DNA from: Candidatus Marinacidobacterales bacterium
Lineage (GTDB): Bacteria; Acidobacteriota; Vicinamibacteria; Marinacidobacterales; SMYC01
Reading direction: 5' to 3'
Length of the DNA: 64,000 nt
Assembly: GCA_965237955.1 (NCBI GenBank)
Contig: OZ250169.1
Location: 4,000,001-4,064,000, forward strand
Numbering within the stretch: position 1 is the stretch's first letter; every line of letters begins with the position of its first letter. The notes beneath the pieces were generated by a model that was not told where the DNA came from, ran no database searches, and saw nothing but the letters and a program-made list of their open reading frames with translations. The translations under genes were made by a program, and so were the position numbers. Of the stretch, positions 48,444-60,771 are shown piece by piece.

Positions 48444-50819
48444 CTAGAGCCCCTCCGGCTGGCAGACGGTCTCGAGATCCGTCAACGTGAAGCTCCGCCG
48501 CTGCTCCTCGTGGCCTCGATCCACGAGCGCACAGCAGATCCTCTGGATGAGATAGGGCTTGCAGCTGGTCCGCCGGAGGATCTCGTCCACAACACCGTCC
48601 GCGAACGTAAAAACGCCCTTGACCGGCGCCTCGATGAGTGCAGCTGCCTCTTTTCGATCCAGCGGCTAGACCTCGATCTCCTGGAAGAAGTTGTACCAGG
48701 GGCTGCCTTCTCGCTCCCATTGTTTTTTGATCGCCACGCCGGAAACGACCGAGACGAGACTGTCCGCGAACGTTCTCATGAACAAACTGCGTAGCTTTTG
48801 GTTGACACGGGGGTCGTAGTCGTTCAGCTCGTCGACTTCATCGATCAACAATGCGAGCTTGATACGCTTGGTCGAGCCGTTTTTCAAGGCTTTGACCACA
48901 CCGTGGAGATCCTTCACGAACTCGCGGTAGCCGTACATGTCCTCGTCGAGCGACGGATGGGGCTCGAGACCGCCCAAGCGAGGTTGAAGCTCGTCGAAAA
49001 TCTAGGTTGCGAGCGTGGCGAAGAATTTGTCCTCGGGCGTTCCCTGATCGATGAAAACCGGATAGAAGACGTGGTCGGGATCATCGAGCGTGGTCAAACA
49101 CTTCTTCAGCTGGTGCTGGAACGACGTCTTACCGATACGTCGCTCACCGTACAGAAGAATGCTGTTGTTGTAAACTCTCCGCAAGACGTGGTCCAGCAAC
49201 TGTTCGCGTCCAAAAAATCTCTTTTGCTCCAGAATCGGAGCGCCGGCGACATAAGGATTGAAACGCCTTCGCAGAAGCTGCCGGCGACGGTGGGCCTTGG
49301 TGCCGACAAGCCCGAAGCCGAGACAAATCAACGCGGCACCGATCGACGCGGGAAACCACAACGACCTCGAGAACGGGACGACGTACTCGACCGAGTACGC
49401 TTCTTGCGTCGATTTGCCCCCTTGATCGACCGCAACGAGCTCGAGCGTAGAAACACCCGGAGGGAGCTCGTGCTGGAATCTGAATTCGGTAATCCAAACA
49501 CCCAAAAACTCTCTGCTGTGGACGCTCGTCTTCCCGACTTCCTCGTCCGCGCTTCGGATCGAAAGCTCGACCGGAGTGTTGTCGTACACGGTCCCGGTGA
49601 GGACGAACTCGGGTGAGCGGATCACTTCGACGCGGGCTCCGTCAACTCTATCCACGCGCACATCGTCGAACAGAATCGAAGGAGGTGCGTTGTCGATCGC
49701 CAGCAACGCATCGCTGAGCCCGGCGTACGCTCGCGCGATATGCCGTAGCGCGCCTTCGTGGTCAGGCGCCAGAGCCAACACCCGGTTGGCGCTTCTCAAC
49801 GCCTGCTCGAAGTTGCGAGCCTCGAGCTCGCGTTCCGCTCGGCTCAGTAGAGTCTGAACTCTATCGCCCTGGTCAGCCGCAGCTTGCATCGCAAGAATGC
49901 GTTCCTGCTGGCGGCGGGCCTCCACGTTTCGCGGATCGGCAGCGAGCACGTGCTGCAACTCACTCAGAGATTGCTCCAGCTCGCCGGCGACCTCGAGCTC
50001 AGCCGCGCGCTCGAGACTCTCGCGGACGAGACGTCGGTTCTCTGGTTCGTCCGCCCCGGCGAGAATACCTTCCTGGGCCTGTGTCAGAAGAGCTAACGTA
50101 TCCGCATCGCGACGAAGATCGAGCGCGCGGGTGAAGCTCAGCGCCGCTTCTCGATAGTCTCTCGACGCCAAGCTCGCTCGCCCCTGCTCCAACAACCTGG
50201 CGACCCGCTCGCCGGCTTCTTGCTGGCGTTGCCGGGCGGCGACGGCAGCGAGCACACGCCGCCGCAACTGCTGAGCGTCTTCGAGCTCGGGCGCCACCGC
50301 GATTACTTTCGCGATCGCATCGAGAGCTTGGTCGAAGCGGCCCTGCCCCTCTAGGCGCCGCGCCTCCCGGAGATTCTCGGCAACGACTTCCTCGGCGCGG
50401 AGTCGTCGTGCATCCTCCGCCTCTGCTTTGGCCTCCAGGATGGCATCTCGGTAGCTTTGGAGCTCCGCATAGTCTTTTGCGGAGCTCTGAATCTCGCCTT
50501 GACGCTCCTCGGTCTCGAAAGCTTGTAATGCGGCGTCTGCCTGGCCGAGACGTTCGTAAGCAACACCAAGCTTCAGAAACGGAAAGTACGCGATGAACCG
50601 CATGCCGTAGGTACGGGCCCGTGCGGCCGAGCCGGGCTTTTGCTGCACCGCATCGTTGAGATGGCGGATCGCCTCGCTCCAGTTCTCGTCTTCGAGAGCC
50701 TCCTCGGCCCGATGATAAGACTCGAACCACGTTTGCGCGAAAACTCGAGGAGCACGAGCGAACACCAACGCGAACGCGAGGGCGGAGACCAAGGCGAGGA
50801 AGCGCCATTGACTCTGCAC
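48444..50819 (-). pseudogene. Signal peptide-TPR-Ig-like-TM-STAND ATPase protein; frameshift near 49003 and TAG at 48666-48668
   Basis: TPR-like helices, beta-rich domain, TM (WFPASIGAALICLGFGLVG), NPYVAG..FFGR, GERRIGKTS, LLIDEVD, SPWYN and KPYLIQ across frames. Confidence 0.78.
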
Positions 50820-50829
50820 CGAGACCTCG

Positions 50830-52138
50830 TCAGAACCTGTAGACGATCGAGACCGACAACAGATCCGCCGTGTCCGACAGATCGAACCCGACGTCGAACT
50901 GGACGTGGTTGAATACGACGCCCACTCCCGCAGCAATATGGATGTCGTCAGCTCCTCCGTCGAAGACGGCACGCTCGAACAGATCGGCATCTGGACCAGA
51001 ATCGAGGCCATGAGCCGGGTCACGCCAACGCACCGAAACGGAGCGCGAACACCTGCTGGGCCGCTTGAAACACATACTCCGTTCCGAAGTGAAGCTCGTC
51101 CCCATCGGACAGCTCGATTTGACCGGGATCGAAGACGTTGGTGTCGAGGCTCTCGGTGATTGACGAGTACCGGACTCGGTCCCACTCGAAGCTGAACGTC
51201 AAAGCTCCGTCTAGCATACGGAACGCGGCGCCGAGACCGTAAACGGAGGGCAAGCGGAGGGGAGTGGTGACGTCCAGCTCCACCGTACCTTCCAGAGCTT
51301 CATCGTTGGCCGGACCCACAATCTCGGTTACCTCCACCGTCAACTCCGGTCCCTCGCGAAAGTATCCGCCGAACGACCATTGAGGGTTGGGGCGCCACGA
51401 GAATCCCCCGTGGAATGTGAACCCTGAGTCGCTTCCACCGAGCGTATAGCTCGTGTCGAGCAGCTCGGGGTCGCGCGGGTTGGACGCAAAGAAATCTTCG
51501 TCTTCGACAGCGAACTCTTGCGACCGCGAGTCCATTCGCGCCTGAAAGTAGACGAGGCCGCCACCGACACTCAGGCCGTCGGTGAGCTCGTAGGCTCCGA
51601 CGAAGCCGTTGTTGGTAACGTCGAGGTCGGTCGTGGCAAGAATGTCCTCGGAGCGCTCGAGCTCACCGTCGATGACGCCGAAAAGACTATCGATCTGTCG
51701 CGACACCGCGAAGTTGGCCCATCGATGCCGGTACACCGCAACCGACCAGCCGTCGCCCAGGTAGACGAATGATAAGTAGGAGAGTCCGTTGACCGTGCTC
51801 GAGGACACGCCGTAGCGGAGTCCGCCGGCGGTATCGATACCGATCCCTGTCGGAGTCCCCGACGTACGTCCTCCCGCGACGAACGGGATGTCATACGACC
51901 ACGAGCGTCCTTCGAGCGAGACTTCGGGCTCGATGAGATGGACCAAGCCGGCCGGATTGGCGAAGGCTGCCGTCGCATCGTCTGCCAATGCGGCGAAAGC
52001 GCCGCCCAAACCCATGCTCCGCGCCCCTGGATTCGAGAAGCTGAACTCGAACGTGACAGGTCCTTCCTGGCTGGTCGCCGGAACAGCAAGTAACAGCACG
52101 CACGCCAGCAGACAGAGAGAACAGCCAGTTCTTCTCAT
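50830..52138 (-). CDS. FadL/TodX-like outer-membrane beta-barrel; frameshift near 51025
   Basis: Signal peptide, NPGARSMGLGGAF..LADDATAAFANPAGL, alternating beta strands and a C-terminal ...IVYRF barrel signal in the adjacent frame. Confidence 0.8.
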
Positions 52139-52236
52139 GGAACCGCCTCCTCGGGCCCGCACACGCGGAAGCGCGTGTTCGGGATGCTTTAGTTTTTCGG
52201 GTAAGTTCTTATTATCGGATATGGCGGCGAGGACGT

Positions 52237-52725
52237 CTAGAGGTCCGAGGGGGGCTGGCGTCGCCGGATCCCCATCAGCCGGCCCACTTCTTTGGGCCGG
52301 TCCAGGTGGCGGTGTTCCTCGAACACTTTCGCCAGAGCTTGGTGCACCACCGGCGGCATTCGAGTCGAACGCCGGATGCGCATGTCGATGAAAATCGATA
52401 AATGCTCGCACGTCGCCGCGAGGTAGTCCTTTTCGACGTGGTGCATGCGCTGGAAGTAGTGCATTCGCTTCTCGTCGAAATCCAGAAACTGCAAGTCGAT
52501 TCGGATTGGGTCGCCTTCTTCGAGCTCGCGCTGATACGTCAGACGATCTTCGAGCGCGAACATCGAGCCGGACTCACGGGCAACGTAGTCTTCTCCGAGG
52601 CCAATATTCGCAAGAACCCGATCCGTCGCCTGATCGAACGCCATGTGGTAGTACGCCACGTTCATGTGGCCGTTGTAGTCGACCCAATCCGGCTCGACCC
52701 GTCCCGTCCACAGGTCCATCACCAT
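52237..52725 (-). CDS. Hotdog-fold acyl-CoA thioesterase
   Basis: WVDYNGHMNVAYY..FD and DEKRMH motifs. Confidence 0.85.
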   Translation of the reverse strand: MVMDLWTGRVEPDWVDYNGHMNVAYYHMAFDQATDRVLANIGLGEDYVARESGSMFALEDRLTYQRELEEGDPIRIDLQFLDFDEKRMHYFQRMHHVEKDYLAATCEHLSIFIDMRIRRSTRMPPVVHQALAKVFEEHRHLDRPKEVGRLMGIRRRQPPSDL

Positions 52726-52902
52726 GCCGACGATTTTACCTGCCCTTCAACCGTGATACATAGGCAACAATAGAACACTCCCTCCGGTTGACTAGGACCC
52801 GCACGGGCCTTATCTTGGATCCAGTTCATCTCGAAAACGTTCTTATCACGGACGGCGCCGCCCCGGTGGCGTCTCGCATGGCTCTTATCTTCCCGTTGAG
52901 AC

Positions 52903-55900
52903 ATGAGAATCAGACGGAGATCCGTGCGCGCGCTTGCCGCCATCGTGGTGTTACACGTCGGGGTGGTAGCGACGAGCTACGCCCAAATCGTCGAGCTCAT
53001 GTCGAAAGCGGATTCCGGGACGATATCCGAGACCCCGGGAGGCAATAGCTCCCCGCACGGGATCAGCGCCGACGGACGCTACCTGGTCTTCGAAAGCGAC
53101 GCCGTCAACCTCGTGCCAGGCCAAATCGACTCGAACTTCGGACCTGATGTTTTCCTCTATGACCGCATCACCGGAGGGACGACTCTCGTGAGTCAACACT
53201 ACGGGCAACGACACGTCGGCGCTCGCCAGCATCAGCGCCGACGGGGCGTTCGTCCTGTTCCAGAGCGACGCGGACGATCTCGTCACCGGTATGGTGGACA
53301 CCAACGGCGCGTCCGATATGTTCTTGTTCGAGCGCGCCACGGGGATGGTCACGCTCCTGAGCCACCGGGCGGGCTCTCCACTGACCACGGGCGACGCCAG
53401 TTCCAATTTCCCTCTGTTCCCTCCGGCGCTCACGTCTCTTTTGAGCGCCGATGGAAGCTACGCGGTGTTCGTCAGCTGGGCAACGGATCTCGTCGCGGGA
53501 CAAATCGACGTGAACGGAGGCACCGACGTCTTCGTCTTCGAGCGAGCCACCGGCATGATTAGCCTCGTGAGTCACGTGCCCGCATCGCTCACGACGACAT
53601 CCGATGGGGGCTCCTACAGTCCTCGCATCAGCGCGGATGGAGCATACGTTGCGTTCACGAGCTCGGGTTTCGACCTCGTCCCGGGTCAGGTCGACCTCGT
53701 GATCGATGACGTCTTTCTCTACGAACGCGCGAGCGGACTCGTCACCCTCGTGAGCCACATTCCGGCCAGTCCAGTGACAACGGCCGACGGCGATTCGTTC
53801 GGCGCTCACATAACCGCCGACGGTTCGTTGGTCGTTTTCATCAGCTTCGGCAACGATCTCGTGGCGGGCCAGACCGATTTCAACTTCGGTGAGGACGTCT
53901 TCCTGTTCGAGCGCGCGACGGGAACGGTGACGCTCGTGAGTCATGTTCCGGCAGACAACACCCAGACCGGAGACAGCTTCTCGGGGTTCAACGCCTATCC
54001 GCGTGGACTCGCGATCAGCCCCGGCGGTGACTTCGTTGGATTCCTGAGCCGGGCGAACGATTTGGTCGTCGGCCAAATCGACGCCAACGGACAAAACGAC
54101 GTGTTCCGCTACGAGCGTGCGAGCGGAACGATCGAGCTCGTAAGCGCCATCCCTGGGACGACGACGGACACGTCGTTTTTCGAGTCGTTCGAGCTTTCGA
54201 TGAGCGACGACGGGGAACGCATCGCGTTTGTCAGCGTGGGCGACGATCTCGTGGCGGGCCAAGTCGACACCAACGCTGTGAACGACGTCTTCTTGCGAGA
54301 TCGTGCGGAACCACGACGCTAGTGAGCCACACGATAGGCGCCGCGACCGCGGCGGCCGACAACATCTCGGAAAAAGCGCTCATGAGCGCCGCCGGCGCCT
54401 ACATTACTTATGGGAGCAATGCATCGGACCTCGTCAGCGGGCTCGCCGATTCGAACAATCGCCCCGACGTCTTTGTCCATGAAACAGCATCCGGGAACAA
54501 CGACATCGTGTCTCGCATCGACGTCGGCTCTCCCTCCGGAAGCGCAAACGGGGGAAGCTCCACCGATCCCGGCCGGGACTGGATGAGCGCAGACGGCAGG
54601 TACTCTCTGTTCGTGAGCGCCGCCACGAACCTCGTCGCCGGACAAGTGGACACCAATAATGCGAGCGACTTGTTTCTCTACGTTCGGCTCACCCAGGCCG
54701 TCACCTTGGTCAGTCACGCCGCCGGGGCACCCAACGTCACCGGCGATCGCTTCTCCGACCTCGCCAACGTGAGCGACGACGGGAATTGGGTCGTCTTTCG
54801 AAGCGGCGCGACGAACCTCGTCCCCGGACAGATCGAGGGGAATACGTCGTCGGATGCGTTCCTGTTCGAGCGCGCGACGGGCAACATCACCCTCTTGAGC
54901 CATCCCCCGGGACTGCCGACCACGACCGGCAACCTCGGTTCCGGCGTCCCGTCGGTCAGCGCCGACGGGACGTGGGTGTCGTTCTCGAGCTTCGCGTCGG
55001 ATCTCATCCCCGCCGACACCAACGGCACCAACGACGTGTTCTTGTTCCAAAGAGCGACCGGCAACGTGACCCTCGTGAGTCATATTCAGGGAGCGCCGGG
55101 AACGCCCGCGAACAACTTCTCGAGTGACAACCACATCAGCAAGGACGGAAATTGGGTTACGTTCGAAAGCCGCTCGACCAATATCGTCACCGGCCAGATC
55201 GATACCAACGGGGGCGACGACGCCTTCCTGTTCCACCGACCCACCGGTGTCGTCTCGCTCGTGAGTCGCGCCGCGGGCACGGTGACGACGACCGGAAACG
55301 GAATTTCGTCAAGGCCCAGGATCAGCTTCGATGGATCCTTCGTCGAATTCAGAAGCGCGGCGACGAACGTCGTTGTCGGGCAAGTGGACACGAACGGAGC
55401 GGACGACCTCTTTGTGTTCGACCGGGGTCTCGCGACGACGAGCATCATCAGCCACCAGGTGGGGGCCGCGACAACGACAGGAAGCTTCGACTCGCTCTTT
55501 TTCGCGATGAGCGACGACGCTTCGTACATTGCGTTCACGAGCCGCGCGACCGACCTCGTCGCCGGGCAGGTGTCGGTTTTTGGCGACGACATTTTTGTTT
55601 ACGAGCGGGCGACGGGTCTGAACACCCTCGTCAGCCACGAAGCGGGCACCCCGGCGACCGAGGGAAACCAAGCGTCCGACACATCCGTCATCAGCGGCGA
55701 TGGGAACTGGATCGCGTTTAGAAGCTCGGCGACCAACCTCGCTTTCGGACAGATGGATACCAACAATTCCCCAGACGCATTTCTGCACGATCGCGTTGCG
55801 GGAACGACAAGTGTCGTGAGCTTGAAGGCCGCCACCACGGCCACGACGGGGAACAAGTTCGCCGACGGCACGGTGCTCGGCGGTAACGGCGACTACGTGG

Positions 55901-58128
55901 CGTTTCGCTCGCAGGCCACCGACCTCGTGCCCGATGATTTCAACGGGAACAACGACGCATTTCTCTATAGGCGCACGACGCAAGCATCGGATCTCACGGT
56001 GATCAAAGACGACGGTCAAACGACCGCGGTACCGGGTGAGCCGATCGCGTATCTCATCACCGTGACCAACAACGGACCGGCCGCTCTGACGAGCCTTACT
56101 CTTACCGACACCGTGCCACCGGAAATCCTCACGCCGGTGTTCACTCCCTCAGCCGGCGTTTATGACAGCGGGACCGGTGCTTGGACCGGCATCACTCTGC
56201 CTCCCGCCGGATCGATCACCATGACCCTCGCCGGCACCGTCGACCCGGCGGCGCGGGGAACGCTGGCAAACTCGGTCACGGTAGCGCCGCCCCCGCCCAT
56301 CGTCGATCCGTTGCCAGGCAACAACGTCGCCGTCGACTCGGACGTCCTGACGCCGGAAGCGGACATGGAGATCACGAAGACCGACAGTCCCGATCCGGTC
56401 ACCTCCGGCTCCACGCTGACGTACACGTTGACGGTGGTCAACAACGGTCCTTCGGAAGCGACCGGCATCGTCGTCACCGACGCGCTCCCGCCGGTGACGT
56501 TTCTCTCCTCGGTCCCGGGCGCTCCGACGTGCAACTACGCGGCGGGAACGGTGACGTGCAATATGGGGAGTCTCCCGCCGACGTGGAGCACGATCGTCAC
56601 CATCGACGTCCTCGCGAATTTCGCCGGCCTATCGAACGCGGCCAACGTGACCGCGGTCGAGACCGACCCTGACACAAGCAACAACATCGACAGCGAGGGC
56701 ACCGTCGTCAACATCCCGAGCGACGCGGTGCGTTTCTTCACCGCGAAAGCGACCACGGGTCAGAACCGGCTCGAGTGGTTGAACCCCACGCCGGTTGATT
56801 ACGTCGCGACCCACATCGTGGCGAACACGACACGCTTTCCTGCAAACGAGACCGACGGCACCGTGATCGTCAACGGCGGTACCGCGGGCGCGAAGGAGAT
56901 CTTCGATCACACGGGGCTCATCGACAACACCGTGTACTACTACGGAGCGTTCGTGGAGCGTCTTTCCGTCTTCACCGCCGGCAAGTTCACCAGCGGACGA
57001 CCGTTCGACGACTCGGGACCGGTCAAGTGGGCGTTCACGACCGGAGCTGCGTCGATGGCGCCGCCGAGCCTCGGGTCTGTTTACGCCGCTTCGAACGATC
57101 GCGTTTTGTACTCGATGACGCCCGGACCCACCGGAGGCGACTGGCCCATCGGGTGGACGCCGTTCGAAGCGCCCGAGCCGGCTCAGTCTCGCGCGCCGGT
57201 CGTACCCGTCACCGTTGGCGGTGCGAGCAAGGTCGTATTCCTCGGCGCGCAAGACGGGCAGGTGTATGCTGTCGACGCCGATACCGGCACCCTCGTGTGG
57301 CCGAGCCCGATGCTCGGCGATCGCGTCCAAGCCGCACCGGCCGGGATGTTCACCACGTTCGGTGGAGCCTATGATCTCATCCTCGTCGGAAGCCGGAACT
57401 CGTCGACCGACAACATCTTTTATGGTCTCGGCCTCGGCACTGGGTCGGTCTCGTGGATGTTCGACAACCTCAGCGGCACCGGCGGGATCGGCATCATCAG
57501 CGGAGGGGCCTCGGTCGACTACGCGAACGATCGTGTCTATTTCGCCAGTCGCAATCGAGGCGGTGGAAGTCCGAGCACGCTCTGGTGTCTCGATTTCGAT
57601 GGCGCGAGCGCGACACTCCGATGGGAGCGCGACCTCGGCAATATCGACGGAAGCCCTATCCTGATCGGCGGGAAAATCTATGTCGGCACGAATGCCAGCG
57701 AAGTACACGCTCTCGATGCCGACGACGGCAGCGACCTTTGGGGTGCTCCGTACGATGCCGGTGACGGTCCGATCAAGAGCTTTATCTGGCCCATATGGGG
57801 GGACAACGAGCTCTTTTTCTCCACGACGAACAACGTGTGGTCGATTGCCGATGATGGAACCGACGCATCGCTCAACTGGCAGGAAGGCTCCATACCTTCC
57901 CCGTCGACGCCGCTCTTTTTCCAAGGCGTCGACCTTCTGTTCGTCGGCTCGAGCGACGGCCAACTGTATCAACTCGATGTCTCGGGGCCGACGCCGATGA
58001 TTACCTCGGTGGCGCTAGGAGACGGCGGCGGAGCGGGCGGAAGCCCATCTCTCGACGGCGCACGCAATATCGTCTACATCGGAACCGACGCCGGCATTCT
58101 CTACGCGGTCGAAATCCCACTACCCTGA
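52903..58128 (+). CDS. Very large secreted protein: TolB-like propeller repeats, two DUF11 domains and PQQ-type propeller; split by frameshifts near 53200 and 54315
   Basis: Signal peptide; many SADGxxVxF.S.AxDLVxGQxDxNxxxDVFxxERATG repeats in all three ORFs; DLxxxK..YxxTVxNNGP twice; C-terminal PQQ-like repeats. Confidence 0.8.
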
Positions 58129-58183
58129 TCCAAAGTGTCCGTTTCAACCCGAGTTTCAATACGCTATAGTCGGGCTTCATCGA

Positions 58184-59197
58184 ATGAGCATCACGATTCT
58201 CGTCACAGGCGGCGCGGGCTTCATCGGCAGCAACTTCATCCATTATCTCGTCGCAGCGCATCCGGACTGGGATGTCATCAACCTCGACAAGCTCACCTAC
58301 GCGGGAAATCTCGAAAATTTGACGGAGGTGGAAGATCGAGCGGGCTACCACTTCGTGCACGGTGATATCTGCGACCGCGAAACCGTGGCGCCCTTGGTAG
58401 CGGAATCCGACTACATCGTGAACTTCGCTGCGGAGACCCACGTCGATCGCTCCATCCACGATCCGGGTGATTTCATTCTCACGGATGTGTTCGGCACCCA
58501 CGTGCTTCTCGAGGCGTTCCGATCCGCCGAGAGACCAAAACGCTTCGTCCAAATCTCGACGGACGAAGTCTACGGCGCTATTGAAACCGGCTCCGCCAAG
58601 GAGACGGACCCTATCGCGCCTCGAAACCCTTACTCGGCGAGCAAGGCTGGCGCGGACCGGCTCGCCTATTCGTATTTCGTCACTTACGATGTTCCGGTCA
58701 TCGTGACCCGCGCTTCGAACAACTACGGTCCACGTCAATACCCCGAGAAAGTCATACCGCTGTTCGTGACCAACTCGCTCGAAGACCGCCCGCTGCCCCT
58801 CTATGGCGATGGCCTTCAAGTCCGCGACTGGCTGCACGTGGACGACCACGCGCGGGCCATCGATCGGATCCTCGACAAGGGTGTCGATGGCGAAAGCTAC
58901 AACATCGGGGGCGGCCACGAGCTCACGAACCTCGAGCTCACGAAAAAAGTCCTCGCAATTCTCGACAAGCCCGAAAGCCTCATCGAGAAAGTCAAGGATC
59001 GACCGGGTCACGATCGACGCTATAGCCTCGACACCGAAAAGCTCCGTGGGCTCGGATGGAAACCGGAGGTCGAGTTCGATGAAGGTTTGGCGGCGACGGT
59101 TCAATGGTATCGGGATCATCCCGAATGGTGGCAACGCATCAAGCGCGGAAGTGCGGAGTATCGCGACTTCCACAAGAAGCAGTATGGCAATTCATAA
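58184..59197 (+). CDS. rfbB: dTDP-glucose 4,6-dehydratase
   Basis: TGGAGFIG, DKLTYAG, AAETHVDRS, STDEVYG, YSASK and DRPGHDRRY motifs. Confidence 0.95.
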   Translation: MSITILVTGGAGFIGSNFIHYLVAAHPDWDVINLDKLTYAGNLENLTEVEDRAGYHFVHGDICDRETVAPLVAESDYIVNFAAETHVDRSIHDPGDFILTDVFGTHVLLEAFRSAERPKRFVQISTDEVYGAIETGSAKETDPIAPRNPYSASKAGADRLAYSYFVTYDVPVIVTRASNNYGPRQYPEKVIPLFVTNSLEDRPLPLYGDGLQVRDWLHVDDHARAIDRILDKGVDGESYNIGGGHELTNLELTKKVLAILDKPESLIEKVKDRPGHDRRYSLDTEKLRGLGWKPEVEFDEGLAATVQWYRDHPEWWQRIKRGSAEYRDFHKKQYGNS

Positions 59198-59316
59198 ATC
59201 TTTGGCGATCGCGCTCGTGGCGGCTTGCGCTTTGAGCTTCGCGTGCTCGAAGAGTGATCGATGATGTCGTGCGTCTCGTGGTGCAGGAGCTGACGCGCGA
59301 GAAACTCGTGAGGTAG
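59184..59316 (+). pseudogene. Lipoprotein gene remnant, probably internally deleted
   Basis: MAIHKSLAIALVAACALSFACSK signal followed out of frame by a short C-terminal-like stretch (DVVRLVVQELTREKLVR*). Confidence 0.35.
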
Positions 59317-59319
59317 GCG

Positions 59320-60216
59320 CTACCAGCGCAAGGTGTTCGCCAGGAGCTCACCGCCGTCCAACTTGAGCGTCGCGGTGACGACGACCGGGCCGTCCTCGTG
59401 CGCCGGGGTCCACCGTCCCGACATCTGATAGAGCACGGCGCGCGCGCGCGCGTCGATGCGGCCGACACCGAGGGGTACGACACCGCCGGTGTTCTTTCCT
59501 CCGAACGACCAGTCCAAGCGCAACGTGTCGGGGTCGAGCGGTTGGTTGCTCCGGTTCACCAGCCGCACCGCCAGCCGGTAGCGATCGCCGAGCTGCACTT
59601 CTCTGGGGCTGAGCTCGATGAGGAGATGCGCGGGGTTCCCCCGAAGGGCGTGCGCTGGGTATACATCTTCGTCTCCTTTGATGAACCCTTTGATCTCGCC
59701 GGGTTGGCGGCGGGGGTCGACAAAGCTGGTCTCGCCGAGGCTGAACCTCTCGGCGGTTCCCGTTGGCTCGCTCACCAGCACCTCTCGTTCTTGCAAGGCC
59801 CGCAGGAGGTCGACGCGCTGGCCCGCAAGCTCAGTCCAGAGCGCCTCGTTCGCTTCGCGGAGAGCCGTCAGCTCTTGGCGCGGATCACGAATGGATGCGA
59901 TTTTCCGATGGGCCTCTTGGATCGCGACCAGGTCGGCGCTGGCTGCTTTTCGAATCGCCGCGAGCTCCCGCTCCTGCCGAGCGAGGTCCAGCGAGAGCGC
60001 TTTGCTCCGTGTGCGAGACTCGACATCCAAAGCGCCGATATCCGCCCGAGCTTCCCATACCTGGCCTCCGAGGCGCAGGCCGTAGGAGGCGACCAGGCCA
60101 ACCGAAACGAGCGTACCCAGACCGATCACGGCCAGGGCCGTTGTCAAATAGACCTGGTTGCGGCGTAGCTGGCTGCGCAGCTCCGAAATTTCCAGCCGCA
60201 GATCTCGAGGCTCCAA
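59320..60216 (-). CDS. Hypothetical membrane-anchored coiled-coil protein with C-terminal beta-sandwich
   Basis: Single TM, heptad-rich middle and beta-rich end (VRLVN..LRLDW..NTLRW). Confidence 0.65.
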   Translation of the reverse strand: MEPRDLRLEISELRSQLRRNQVYLTTALAVIGLGTLVSVGLVASYGLRLGGQVWEARADIGALDVESRTRSKALSLDLARQERELAAIRKAASADLVAIQEAHRKIASIRDPRQELTALREANEALWTELAGQRVDLLRALQEREVLVSEPTGTAERFSLGETSFVDPRRQPGEIKGFIKGDEDVYPAHALRGNPAHLLIELSPREVQLGDRYRLAVRLVNRSNQPLDPDTLRLDWSFGGKNTGGVVPLGVGRIDARARAVLYQMSGRWTPAHEDGPVVVTATLKLDGGELLANTLRW

Positions 60217-60771
60217 CGGGGAACACTCCTATTCCATTGTGTGGGGGGATATCTCCTTTAATTGTCAGGTATGGACCGCGCTCTTGCAAGCAACAACACC
60301 AAACCCACACCACCCACGAGACCCCACGCCCACGGAGAGCCCCGATGAGAGCGAATATGAGCGTGAAGATGAACCCTAGTGCCAGGAAAGCGCCCGCGAT
60401 GGACACGATCCAACGTCCAATGGGGGCGAGCGGTTCGCGCCTCGGATGGACGCGAAGTCGCTCTCGGCGATGTGTACGTCCATCGACCGAGCGCGTCTTC
60501 TCAACGTCGGCCTCGGTTAAGCCTGTTCTTTTGCAGGTGAACGACGACATGGCGGGCAGGAGGCGACGTCGATTTTCCGCGGTTTCTGGTTGGATCGGCC
60601 ACGCGGCACCACTCTGGGTGTCGGCCGCCACTCCCGCGCGATGGGGGTTCGTGCTCATCCTCGCTGCTCTTCTGTTTCCTGCCCCTTCCCGCAAAGCTCG
60701 ACTGTGATTCGCCTTCTCAAATGCTCGAGGTCTATGGAGGAGCCGCTCGCCCCCTTCAAGCGGAATTGGTG

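Noticed and set aside
59885-60694. 269-aa ORF with a hydrophobic stretch
   Set aside because: It overlaps the 59320-60216 gene out of frame. At most a short membrane-gene remnant lies around 60270-60550, and its limits cannot be set.
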